From: Candidatus Gastranaerophilales bacterium
GTDB lineage: Bacteria > Cyanobacteriota > Vampirovibrionia > Gastranaerophilales > Gastranaerophilaceae
NCBI GenBank assembly: GCA_944326545.1
Contig: CALVEH010000001.1
Coordinates: 9,422-73,421 of the forward strand
Length of the DNA stretch: 64,000 nt
Direction of reading: 5' to 3'
The position numbers and the translations under genes were made by a program. This document shows, piece by piece, positions 29,469 through 38,398 of the stretch. The notes under the pieces are model-generated. The model saw nothing but the letters and a program-made list of their open reading frames with translations. It searched no databases and had not been told where the DNA came from. How positions within the stretch are numbered: position 1 is the stretch's first letter; every line of letters begins with the position of its first letter.

Positions 29469-32141
29469 ATGTCAGAAACAACAAATAAACCTCTTACAGG
29501 TACACAGATAAGAGAAGCTTTTTTGAAGTTTTTTGCTGAAAAACATCAATCTACAATCGTAAAAAGTTCATCACTCGTACCTGATAACCCAACAGTACTC
29601 TTAACTACAGCAGGTATGTTGCAGTTTGTACCTTATTTTTTGGGATACGAAGAATGTCCTTACGAACCTAAAAGAATTACAACTTGTCAAAAATGTGCTC
29701 GTGCAGGCGGTAAAGATTCTGATATCGAAAATGTAGGCAGAACTCCACGCCACCATACTTTCTTTGAAATGTTAGGAAACTTCTCATTTGGTGACTACTA
29801 CAAAGATGAAGTTATTCCTTGGGCTTGGGATTTTGTAACAAACTACCTTCACCTTGACCCTAACAGACTTTATATCACTATTTACAAAGATGATGATGAA
29901 GCATTCGATATCTGGCATAACAAAGTAGGTATCCCTGCTGAAAAAATCTTTAGAAAAGGTAAAAAAGACAACTTCTGGGGTCCTGTGTCAGATGTAGGTT
30001 CTTGCGGTCCTTGTTCAGAAATCCACTACGACCTTGGCGAAGAACTCAAATGCTGCGATGATTGTTCTGTTGCAACTTGCGAGTGCGACAGATGGGTTGA
30101 AATCTGGAACCTTGTATTTACAGAATTGTTTAAAGATAAAGAAGGCAATTACACTCCGCTTGAAAAGAAAAACGTTGATACAGGTATGGGGCTTGAAAGA
30201 ATTGCCATGGTTGTTCAAGGTAAAACTTCTACTTTTGAAACAGACCTTTTGACTCCTATATTAAACAAAGTCTGTGAAATGACAGGCAAAGAATACAAAA
30301 AAGATAAAAAAACAGATATCTCATTAAGAATCATAACTGATCACGCAAGATGTGTAACATTTATGATTTCTGATGGTATTGTACCGGGTAACGAAGGCCG
30401 TAACTACGTGTTGCGTATGATTATGCGTCGTGCTTTAAGACATGGAAAAATGTTAGGGCTTGAACTTCCGTTCTTGTACAACATTGTTGATACAGTAGTT
30501 GATAACTACAAATCAGCTTATCCTGAGCTTGATGAAAACAGGGAAAAAATTAAAACCGTTATCAAAAAAGAAGAAGAAAAGTTCAAACAAACACTCGATA
30601 GAGGTCAAAAACTTCTCGATGATCTTCTTGCTGACGGCTCTGACAAAATTAGCGGAGAAAACGCCTTCAAATTGTATGATACATACGGTTTTCCTCTTGA
30701 ATTGACTGTAGAAATTGCTCAAGAAAAAGGCATAGCTGTTGACGAAGAAGGCTTTAAAGCTTGCATGAAAGAACAAAAAGAACGTGCAAAAGCTGCCGCT
30801 CAAAAAATTATTTTGACAGACGATTTGATTTATATCGATATCGAAAAAGAAAAAGGTGAAACTAACTTTGTCGGTTATGACAAAACTTGTGCAGAAGCTA
30901 AGGTTGTTGCACTTGTTAAAGATGCTCAAAAAATCGAATCTGCTGACGAAGGTGAAACAGTTGATATTATTCTTGATACAACACCATTCTATGCGGAATG
31001 CGGTGGTCAAGTTGGTGACAGCGGTGTGATTGAAGGTCAAAACTTTAAAGCAAAAGTTTTGAATACATTCAAAGTTGATAACCTCTATGCTCACAGAGTA
31101 GAAATTACAGAAGGTATGGTAAAACCTGAAGACTCTGTATGTGCAGCTATTGATGTTTACAGAAGAAAACAAATCACAGCACACCATACAACTGCTCACT
31201 TGTTGCAAGCAGCATTGCAGAAAGTTCTTGGTGATGGTGTAAAACAAGCGGGTTCTCAAGTTGAACCTGATAAAACTCGTTTTGACTTTTCATTTGACAG
31301 AGCAATGACAGCTTCTGAAATCGAGCAAGTAGAAGAATTGATGAATGAGTGGATTTCTCAAGGACTTGAGCAGCATACAGATATTATGGATGCTGAAGAA
31401 GCTAAAAAATGCGGTGCAATGGCCTTGTTTGGCGAAAAATACGGCGATAAAGTAAGAGTTGTAGGCATAAAAAATGACAAAGGCGAGTTTGTTTCTCGTG
31501 AGCTTTGTGGTGGTACACACGTTTCTAACACTGCACAAATCAGACTTGCAAAAGTCGTTCAAGAGTCTGCAATTTCTGCAGGTTCAAGACGTATTGAAGT
31601 CGTTGTTGCCGATGCAGCATTCAAATTCTTGAACGATAAAGCAAAAGAAGCTGACAAGTTAGCACACTTGTTCAAAGCTCAAACAAATGAAATTTGTGAA
31701 CGTGTTGATAAGTTGATTGAAACAAACAAATCATTAACTAAAAAGACAGTTGAGCTTCAAAACGAAATTGCTAATGCTAAATTCTCAACATTCTTGAGCA
31801 AAGCTCAAGATATTGAAGGCGGAAAGTTATTTATTTCTAAAATAGAAGATTTTGAACCTAATATGGTTAAAACTTTTGTAGAAAAACTTTCTGATAAACT
31901 TGGCAACAGCGTTATTGTAGTTACTTCTTTGAAAAAAGAAGGCGGAATCTTTATTATGGTAAAAGTTTCTGATTCTTTTGTTCAAAAAGGCATTAATGCA
32001 GGCAAAATAGTTGGACAGATTGCAGCTGCAACAGAAGGTAAAGGCGGTGGAAGACCAAACTTTGCCCAAGGTGCGGGAAACAATGCAGCTAACTTAGACA
32101 ACGTATTAGCTCAAATAGAAAAAGATATCAAAGCTTTTTAG
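29469..32141 (+). CDS. alaS: Alanine--tRNA ligase
   Basis: 890 aa. FFEMLGNFSFGDYYK class II motif, editing-domain HHTTAHLL, C-terminal DHHA1-like region. Confidence 0.96.
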   Translation: MSETTNKPLTGTQIREAFLKFFAEKHQSTIVKSSSLVPDNPTVLLTTAGMLQFVPYFLGYEECPYEPKRITTCQKCARAGGKDSDIENVGRTPRHHTFFEMLGNFSFGDYYKDEVIPWAWDFVTNYLHLDPNRLYITIYKDDDEAFDIWHNKVGIPAEKIFRKGKKDNFWGPVSDVGSCGPCSEIHYDLGEELKCCDDCSVATCECDRWVEIWNLVFTELFKDKEGNYTPLEKKNVDTGMGLERIAMVVQGKTSTFETDLLTPILNKVCEMTGKEYKKDKKTDISLRIITDHARCVTFMISDGIVPGNEGRNYVLRMIMRRALRHGKMLGLELPFLYNIVDTVVDNYKSAYPELDENREKIKTVIKKEEEKFKQTLDRGQKLLDDLLADGSDKISGENAFKLYDTYGFPLELTVEIAQEKGIAVDEEGFKACMKEQKERAKAAAQKIILTDDLIYIDIEKEKGETNFVGYDKTCAEAKVVALVKDAQKIESADEGETVDIILDTTPFYAECGGQVGDSGVIEGQNFKAKVLNTFKVDNLYAHRVEITEGMVKPEDSVCAAIDVYRRKQITAHHTTAHLLQAALQKVLGDGVKQAGSQVEPDKTRFDFSFDRAMTASEIEQVEELMNEWISQGLEQHTDIMDAEEAKKCGAMALFGEKYGDKVRVVGIKNDKGEFVSRELCGGTHVSNTAQIRLAKVVQESAISAGSRRIEVVVADAAFKFLNDKAKEADKLAHLFKAQTNEICERVDKLIETNKSLTKKTVELQNEIANAKFSTFLSKAQDIEGGKLFISKIEDFEPNMVKTFVEKLSDKLGNSVIVVTSLKKEGGIFIMVKVSDSFVQKGINAGKIVGQIAAATEGKGGGRPNFAQGAGNNAANLDNVLAQIEKDIKAF

Positions 32142-32164
32142 TTGTACTAATCAAAAGATTTATA

Positions 32165-32204
32165 ACAGACAAAGGCGCTTGTTGATTTAAGCGCCTTTGT
32201 CTGT
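32165..32204 (+). terminator. 16-bp hairpin downstream of alaS (no T-run, so terminator status is uncertain)
   Basis: ACAGACAAAGGCGCTT-GTTGATTT-AAGCGCCTTTGTCTGT. Confidence 0.45.
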
Positions 32205-32215
32205 TAGTAATAAAC

Positions 32216-32249
32216 TAAAAAGACCTTCCTCAAAAGGAAGGTCTTTTTC
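32216..32249. terminator. Bidirectional intrinsic terminator
   Basis: AAAAAGACCTTCC-TCAAAA-GGAAGGTCTTTTT. Confidence 0.75.
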
Positions 32250-32265
32250 TATAGTTTTTTTATTT

Positions 32266-33888
32266 TTATAATGAAGCTTTTTCTCTTGCTTGTTTGTTTT
32301 GCAATCTCTTTTCTTCGATTTTTTCGATACGTCTGTTTCTCTTATATCCGTATCCTGCGTAGATAGAAATACCTATCAACAACCAAAGAGGGAACAATAT
32401 AGCGTTCTTTCCCATGCTGACAATTGCAACACACATCAGGCTTCCGCATAACACAATACCCAAAGAAGGGAACAATGGTGAGAAAGGAACCTTGAAAGGT
32501 CTTGGTCTGTCAGGGTCAGTTTTTCTCAAGATTAGAACGCTTACGCAAACCATGATGAACGCTGTGAATACGCTGAATATACAAAGCTGAGCAGCAAGGT
32601 TCAAATCTAGGAATAAACAACCTATCATCATCGCACCACCAACAAGCCAAGTTATAACGTGTGGTGTTTTATAAACAGGGTGAACTTTTTTAAGTATTGT
32701 AGGGAAGAAGTTGTCTCTTGCCATTGCAAAAAGGATTCTTGTTGCAGCCAACTGCATTACCAACAATACTGAAGTCAAACCAGTCAAAGCACCTACAGAG
32801 ATAAACCCTGCAATCCAGTTTTGACCTGTTTTTTGTATAGCGTGAGCAATAGGTGCGTTAATATTGATTTGGTTCCAAGGCACAACCCCTGTTAATACCA
32901 AAGCTACAAAAATGTAAACTACAGTACAAGCAAGCAATGTACCAATAATACCTATAGGAACATCTCTTTGCGGATTTTTAGTTTCTTCTGCTGCTGTAGA
33001 AATAGCATCAAAACCTGTATAAGCAAAGAAAATTGTAAACGCACTAATTAAAACACTGCCAACACCGTTTGGCATAAATGGTGTCCAGTTAGCAGGTTTT
33101 ACATAGAAAGCACCAACTCCAATAAACAGAGCGATTACCAAAAGTTTTATAACAACCATTACGCTTGCCATATTTTTAGATTCAGAAATACCTTTTACCA
33201 AAATATATGTAACAAGTGCAATGATACATATTGCAGGAATATTAATCGAAATAGGAATCAAACCAAACAAATGCGGAATATGATCAGCAGGGTTCATACC
33301 CATTTTTAAATAAGCAGCTTTAGCAGAACCATAATCACTAATCAACCACAAAGGCGGATACATAATATGGTGAACAACCCCTTGCAACATAGCAGGCAAA
33401 TGAGTTGTATAAGCTTCAAAACCTCTTAAAAATTGGAACAAATAACCTGTCCAACTGCAAGCAACCGCAATGTTACCGATGGTATATTGAAGCATCAATA
33501 CCCAACCTACCATCCAAGCAGCCAACTCACCCATTGTTGCAAAAGTGTAAGTATAAACACCGCCTGATACAGGTATCATTGCCGCAAATTCCGCATAACA
33601 TAATGCGGAGAATATACAAGCGATAGCTGCAATTATCATAGAAATGACAAGTGCAGGACCTGCACCCGGATGTGAAGCTGTACCTACAACGGCTGTACCT
33701 ACCATTGAAAATATACCAGCCCCGATTACAGCACCAATACCTAGAATAATTAAATCAATCCACGTCAACGTCTTATTCAAGCCTGTTTCTTTTGTTTCGG
33801 CTATCATATCGTCGGGATTTTTGGTTTTCAACAACTTAGAGATAAAGTGTTCAACCAATTTTGGTTCAGTAACATCTTGTTGGCTCAT
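32266..33888 (-). CDS. APC-superfamily amino acid permease (cationic amino acid transporter-like)
   Basis: 540-aa polytopic protein with GIGAVIGAGIFSMVGTA and a charged C-terminal tail. Confidence 0.75.
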   Translation of the reverse strand: MSQQDVTEPKLVEHFISKLLKTKNPDDMIAETKETGLNKTLTWIDLIILGIGAVIGAGIFSMVGTAVVGTASHPGAGPALVISMIIAAIACIFSALCYAEFAAMIPVSGGVYTYTFATMGELAAWMVGWVLMLQYTIGNIAVACSWTGYLFQFLRGFEAYTTHLPAMLQGVVHHIMYPPLWLISDYGSAKAAYLKMGMNPADHIPHLFGLIPISINIPAICIIALVTYILVKGISESKNMASVMVVIKLLVIALFIGVGAFYVKPANWTPFMPNGVGSVLISAFTIFFAYTGFDAISTAAEETKNPQRDVPIGIIGTLLACTVVYIFVALVLTGVVPWNQININAPIAHAIQKTGQNWIAGFISVGALTGLTSVLLVMQLAATRILFAMARDNFFPTILKKVHPVYKTPHVITWLVGGAMMIGCLFLDLNLAAQLCIFSVFTAFIMVCVSVLILRKTDPDRPRPFKVPFSPLFPSLGIVLCGSLMCVAIVSMGKNAILFPLWLLIGISIYAGYGYKRNRRIEKIEEKRLQNKQAREKASL

Positions 33889-33903
33889 GTAATTTTCCTT
33901 ATA

Positions 33904-34794
33904 TTAATTATTAATTGTTGATTTTTTAAGTAAGGGGAAACCCAATTTTTCTCTTTGTTCAACGTACAATTTAGCTACCATTGCAGCCATTCTTCTAACA
34001 CGATTGATAAAGTTAATTCTTTCATCCTTGCTTATAACACCTCTTGCATCCAAAAGGTTGAATGTGTGAGAACATTTCAATACATAATCATAAGCAGGTA
34101 AAACAAGTTCGTTTTCAACACAGTTTTCAACTTCTTCCTGATACAAATCAAAAAGTTTGAAAAGCTTGTCTGCAGAAGAAACTTCAAAATTGTATTTTGA
34201 CTGTTCAATTTCGTTTTGAAGATAAATTTCGCCGTATTTTAATTCCTTGTTCCACATAACATCGTAAACAGAATTTACGTTTTGCAAGTACATAGCAATA
34301 CGTTCAAGCCCGTAAGTCAACTCAAGCGCAACTGGCTTAATCTCCAAACCGCCAACTTGTTGGAAATAAGTAAACTGCGTAATTTCCATACCGTCTAACC
34401 ATACTTCCCAACCTACACCGGCAGCACCTAATGTAGGAGATTCCCAGTTATCTTCAACAAATCTTACATCGTGTTGTGAAAGGTCAATACCCATAGCTTC
34501 CAAACTTTTTAAGTAAAGTTCTTGAGCGTTGTCCGGAGACGGTTTCAAAATAACCTGATATTGAAAATAATGACCGAGTCTGTTAGGGTTTTCACCATAA
34601 CGAGCATCAGTAGGTCTTCTGCAAGGTTCAACCATTGCTGTATTCCAAGGCTCAGGCCCCAACGAACGTAAAAACGTTGCAGGGTTCATTGTAGAAGCAC
34701 CTTTTTCTATATCATAAGGTTGTTGAATTATACATCCGTAGTCTGACCAAAATTTTGATAAGTTTAAAATTAATTCTTGAAAAGTTAAAGCCAT
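33904..34794 (-). CDS. glyQ: Glycine--tRNA ligase alpha subunit
   Basis: [28 protein letters not shown] and the rest are highly typical of GlyQ. 296 aa. No glyS is adjacent. Confidence 0.95.
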   Translation of the reverse strand: MALTFQELILNLSKFWSDYGCIIQQPYDIEKGASTMNPATFLRSLGPEPWNTAMVEPCRRPTDARYGENPNRLGHYFQYQVILKPSPDNAQELYLKSLEAMGIDLSQHDVRFVEDNWESPTLGAAGVGWEVWLDGMEITQFTYFQQVGGLEIKPVALELTYGLERIAMYLQNVNSVYDVMWNKELKYGEIYLQNEIEQSKYNFEVSSADKLFKLFDLYQEEVENCVENELVLPAYDYVLKCSHTFNLLDARGVISKDERINFINRVRRMAAMVAKLYVEQREKLGFPLLKKSTINN

Positions 34795-34919
34795 TCTCTC
34801 TTGATTCCAGTACCCTTTAACTATGCACTGTGCTCTATAGCATTTGTGAAATTTAGACCCAGTGCCAAAATCTCTTGTTATAAACCGATTTCACATACGG
34901 CCGTGCTTTTAGCTCTAAT

Positions 34920-34948
34920 ATTATAATATAATGTTACACATTTTACAA
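34920..34948 (-). promoter_or_regulatory. Sigma-70-like promoter for glyQ
   Basis: The minus strand reads TTGTAA-N17-TATAAT, about 125 nt upstream of the glyQ ATG. Confidence 0.5.
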
Positions 34949-35056
34949 ACTATTGTAATGCTTACACTTAAAAATTGTTACATGTGTAATCGCATGAGCC
35001 ACGTACTTTTCCCGAAAATTTAAGTTATTATTACGATAGCAGAATGTAAAGTATTT

Positions 35057-35236
35057 TTCATAAGGCTTCAATATCTTGATGGACTTTGACAATTAGACAG
35101 CTTAATCACAGAAATCCAAGTCCATTAGTAATTGTTTTATAAGGTTTCTATATCTTGGCTGACTATGAAAATTAGAGACCTTAATTAATAAACGACAAGT
35201 CCATTAGTAATTGTTTCATAAGGCTTCAATATCTCC
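35057..35236 (+). repeat. Tandem direct copies (2.25 units of ~80 nt) of the terminal repeat unit
   Basis: Unit 1 at 35057-35136, unit 2 at 35137-35215, and a partial unit from 35216. Units share TTCATAAGG(C/T)TTC(A/T)ATATCTTG...AAGTCCATTAGTAATTGTT and are roughly three-quarters identical by eye. Confidence 0.75.
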
Positions 35237-35900
35237 GCGAGTTGTGTCATAGTCAACCAAGGTATAAAAAATCCGACCGTTGTGAAATGAATTACAGAAA
35301 GTTATTTAAACAACATCAAACGAGGTACTGTTTGAGGCACGGGGAATTATTTGTAACATATCCGTTTTGGTACTTTAGTTATTTTTACGTGCCGAGTTGC
35401 CGAGTCGGGTTTAAATTACTTTCTGTATGAATGTAACATCAGGTCGAGAGCTTTTGGTACTTTTGTCGGTACAAAAGTACATAAAAATAAAAAAATAATC
35501 TCTTTTCTCAGATACTTTTCTTTCTTTTTTGCGACGAAAAGAAAGAAAAGTACCACAAAAGAAAGAAACTCGCTTTGTCAAAACAGACTCTAAAGTATTT
35601 ATCTTCAAAATTTTCTAACCGCTACGCTTAACAAAAATTTTGTACGTAAATACAAAGAGTCTGTAGTCAAGGTTACAATGGCAAAGCCATTATACTGCTA
35701 ACGCAGTGTAAATTATGGTCAGATTACTAATCCGACATTTCAGTCTGTCGTCATGTTGAGGCGAAGCCGAAACATCTAACCAGTTTGTTGAGTAATGCAA
35801 AAGACTTGGAGATTCTTCGGTCGTTGTACTCCCTCAGAATGACGAGAGTTTGCCAAGATATGGAAGTTTTACCAAAAATTAGTGCGTAGGCCTGTGGCCC

Positions 35901-35980
35901 TAAACAAATACCAATGCACTTGTCGTCTACAGATTAGGTGTCTAATTTTCATAGTCTGCCAAGATATTGAAGCCTTATGA
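35901..35980 (-). repeat. Inverted full-length copy of the same ~80-nt unit
   Basis: The reverse complement reads TCATAAGGCTTCAATATCTTGGCAGACTATGAAAATTAGACACCTAAT..ACGACAAGTGCATTGGTATTTGTTTA, colinear with unit 2. Confidence 0.75.
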
Positions 35981-36016
35981 AAAAAAAACATATTGACCAC
36001 ATGGTCTATACGCTAA

Positions 36017-36043
36017 AAAAAATTTCCACCATCAGGTCGATGA
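36017..36043 (+). promoter_or_regulatory. Possible sigma-28 (FliA)-like promoter upstream of the flgF-L cluster
   Basis: AAAA-N15-GTCGATGA compared with the consensus TAAA-N15-GCCGATAA. This is a weak match. Confidence 0.2.
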
Positions 36044-36131
36044 GAAAATACTGCATATAGAGTAATTTGTTAATGAGGGATAATTATATTCCCTCATAAT
36101 GGTAAGAAAACTTGGGTAGGAAAAAAGAATA

Positions 36132-36749
36132 GTGGAACTTTCAGGATTAGATATTACTCTAAGACGCATGCAGGCTATTGAATCAACTTTCAACAGCTTA
36201 GCCACTTTTGGCAACAATGCCGTAAGTTCCAATCAAGATTTTCAAAAAATTCTTGATGCAAACATGTCTCAAAAACCACCCAAAATCCAAGACACCCCAT
36301 TTGCAGAAAAAATATTTGCCAGCAATTTAGCCCCAAAATCAGACGGCAATGCTGATATTGATGCGCTTATCGAACAATATTCTGCCAAAAACGGACTGGA
36401 TAGTGCATTTGTTAAAGCCGTTATAAAACAAGAATCAGGATTCCAACCCAATGTTACATCACACTGCGGAGCCATGGGCTTAATGCAGTTAATGCCTGCA
36501 ACAGCAAACTCTTTAGGGGTAAAAGACGCTTATGACCCCGAACAGAATATCGCAGGCGGTACAAAGTACCTTAAAGGTCTTTTAGACAGATTCGGGGGTG
36601 ACAAATCATTAGCTCTTGCAGCTTACAACGCAGGGCCAAACGCTGTTGCCAAATACAACGGTATTCCACCGTATAAAGAAACTCAAAATTACGTTAAAAA
36701 CATCATGAGCATGTATCAAAAATACAACGCTCAAGGAGGTCAATCTTGA
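36132..36749 (+). CDS. SLT-domain lytic transglycosylase, first gene of the flagellar rod/ring operon
   Basis: KQESGFQPNVTSHCGAMGLMQLMPATA...AYNAGPNAV are the SLT catalytic-Glu and AYNAG motifs. GTG start. Overlaps flgF by 4 nt. Confidence 0.8.
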   Translation: MELSGLDITLRRMQAIESTFNSLATFGNNAVSSNQDFQKILDANMSQKPPKIQDTPFAEKIFASNLAPKSDGNADIDALIEQYSAKNGLDSAFVKAVIKQESGFQPNVTSHCGAMGLMQLMPATANSLGVKDAYDPEQNIAGGTKYLKGLLDRFGGDKSLALAAYNAGPNAVAKYNGIPPYKETQNYVKNIMSMYQKYNAQGGQS

Positions 36750-37561
36750 TTTCAAGAGGTATCGACATAGCAGCAAAAGGTATGATGAGCCTGATTGATT
36801 TTCAGGATTCTATTGCAAACAATATCGCAAACGTTAACACAGCAGGTTATAAAAAAGAAGGCTTGTCTTTCAGAAACGTTTACAACGCACTGATTGAAGA
36901 ACCTGTTGAACGTAATAACCCTAAAAACCAAGACGGCAGACTTGTCGGAGAAATCAGTATGGGTTCTGTAACAAACAAACTCGTACACGAATTTTCTCAA
37001 GGTACATTATCAAGAACAGACAACCCTCTTGATTTAGGTATCGAAGGTGACGGCTTTTTCAAACTCAGAGCACCTGACGGAACAATCACTTACACAAGAA
37101 ACGGTGCTTTTTGCATCAACTCTCAAAACCTTTTGACAGATATGCAAGGCAACCTTGTTTTAGACGAACAAAACCAACCTATAAGATTAAACTTTGTTGA
37201 GCTTAACATAAGCTCAGAAAAACAACTTTCAATAAACGAAGACGGTACAATCGTTGCAACAAGAAACGAAAATACACAGGCTCTTCAAAAAATCGGTATC
37301 TTCGATTTTGCAGACAAAGACAACATGATGGCTGTAGGTACATCAATGTATGTTCCAAAAGACATCACAACAAACCCTGAGTTAAGAGCACAAAAGTTTT
37401 CGGTACAACAAGGTGCGATTGAACTTTCTAACGCAAACGTAATCAATGAAATGATTAACTCAATAAATGTTTCACGAAACTACGAAACACTGAGCACACT
37501 GGTGAGAGAAAAATCAAACCAACTTTCACAAACAATCAACTTAGGCAGACTGAACGCATAA
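36746..37561 (+). CDS. flgF: Flagellar basal-body rod protein FlgF
   Basis: N-terminal SIANNIANVNTAGYKK and C-terminal LSNANVINEMINSINVSRNYE. Lies upstream of flgG. Confidence 0.8.
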   Translation: MISRGIDIAAKGMMSLIDFQDSIANNIANVNTAGYKKEGLSFRNVYNALIEEPVERNNPKNQDGRLVGEISMGSVTNKLVHEFSQGTLSRTDNPLDLGIEGDGFFKLRAPDGTITYTRNGAFCINSQNLLTDMQGNLVLDEQNQPIRLNFVELNISSEKQLSINEDGTIVATRNENTQALQKIGIFDFADKDNMMAVGTSMYVPKDITTNPELRAQKFSVQQGAIELSNANVINEMINSINVSRNYETLSTLVREKSNQLSQTINLGRLNA

Positions 37562-37587
37562 AACTAATCCACAGGAGATAAAATAAA

Positions 37588-38376
37588 ATGTTAAGATCGC
37601 TAACGACAGCAGCAACAGGGATGATAGCACAGCAAAACAACTTAGACGTTGTTGCTAACAACGTTGCTAACGTTAACACATCAGGTTTTAAAAAATCCAG
37701 AGCAGAATTTCAAGACCTTTTATCAACAGCAGTAAGAACCCCCGGTGCAATGATTACACAAGGTACATATCAGCCGGTAGGTGTTGAAATCGGTCTTGGT
37801 GTAAAAACTTCTGCAACAAGAAAGGTTATGACTGGCGGTGTAATGCAAAGCACAGGCAACAAATACGATATGGCTATCGAAGGCGAAGGCTTCTTCCAAA
37901 TCGTAAGACCTGACGGAACTTTGGCTTATACAAGAGACGGTTCGTTTGCACCTGACGCAGTCGGTCAACTTTGTACTTCTGACGGATACCTTTTGCAACC
38001 GCAAATCACAATCCCTCAAAACACTACAGAGGTAAACATCACTCCTGACGGTAACGTATCAGTTAAAGTAGGTAACGATACAACACAAACTATCGTAGGA
38101 CAAATCCAGCTTGTAAGATTCCAAAACCCGGCAGGTTTGCTATCAATAGGTCACAACTTGTATGTAGAAACTCCTGCATCAGGTACACCTATTCCTGGTA
38201 CTCCTGACCAAGACGGTTTAGGCTCTATTCAACAAGCTTTCTTAGAAGGTTCTAACGTACAAATTGTTGATGAAATGATTAACCTTATCAAAGCAGAAAG
38301 AGCTTTTGAAACAAACTCAAAAATCATCACAGCAGCATCAGACATCTTGAGAACAACAAACCAAATCACTAACTAA
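37588..38376 (+). CDS. flgG: Flagellar distal rod protein FlgG
   Basis: MLRSLTTAATGMIAQQNNLDVVANNVANVNTSGFKKSRAEFQDLL and C-terminal LEGSNVQIVDEMINLIKAERAFETNSK are near-canonical for FlgG. Confidence 0.92.
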   Translation: MLRSLTTAATGMIAQQNNLDVVANNVANVNTSGFKKSRAEFQDLLSTAVRTPGAMITQGTYQPVGVEIGLGVKTSATRKVMTGGVMQSTGNKYDMAIEGEGFFQIVRPDGTLAYTRDGSFAPDAVGQLCTSDGYLLQPQITIPQNTTEVNITPDGNVSVKVGNDTTQTIVGQIQLVRFQNPAGLLSIGHNLYVETPASGTPIPGTPDQDGLGSIQQAFLEGSNVQIVDEMINLIKAERAFETNSKIITAASDILRTTNQITN

Positions 38377-38398
38377 CAGATAAACTAGAGCAGAAAGA

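Larger units (their letters stand above)
35054..35985. mobile_element. ORF-free element of ~930 bp bounded by 25-bp perfect terminal inverted repeats (MITE-like / foldback element, or a structured RNA locus)
   Basis: Left end TTTTTCATAAGGCTTCAATATCTTG (35054-35078) is the exact reverse complement of the right end at 35961-35985. Similarity continues imperfectly to about 80 nt. No credible ORF inside. Confidence 0.55.

Noticed and set aside
30513-31259. 248-aa ORF antisense to alaS. Similar long antisense ORFs occur in fliI (4860-5471), the oxidoreductase gene (3010-3420), fliF, the lptD-like gene and others.
   Set aside because: They lie fully inside strongly supported genes on the opposite strand. 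Their composition is Cys/Phe/Ser/Leu-rich and low-complexity, and they have no SD. These are typical shadow ORFs in AT-rich DNA.
34795-34919. T-box riboswitch in the glyQ leader, prompted by a GGC-A in TTGGCACTGGG, GTGAAAT/ATTTCAC and GCACTG/CAGTGC stems, and GGGTACTGGAAT near the SD. The alaS leader (29244-29468) was also checked.
   Set aside because: The conserved T-box sequence (AGGGUGGNACCNCG) is absent. The ~125-nt leader leaves no room for a terminator/antiterminator pair. The resemblance is limited to short strings. A translational variant cannot be excluded without a covariance-model search.
35057-35236. CRISPR array.
   Set aside because: The ~80-nt units are contiguous with no spacers and only about three-quarters identical. 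An inverted copy lies 0.7 kb away, and there are no cas genes in the window.
35242-35608. ORFs 35242-35430 (+, 62 aa) and 35411-35608 (-, 65 aa) inside the repeat element, and 36032-36232 (-, 66 aa).
   Set aside because: They read through hairpin arms and homopolymer-like tracts (for example FFCGTFLSFRRKKERKVSEKR from the CTTTTCTTTC palindrome) and have no SD. The last one overlaps the SLT gene start.
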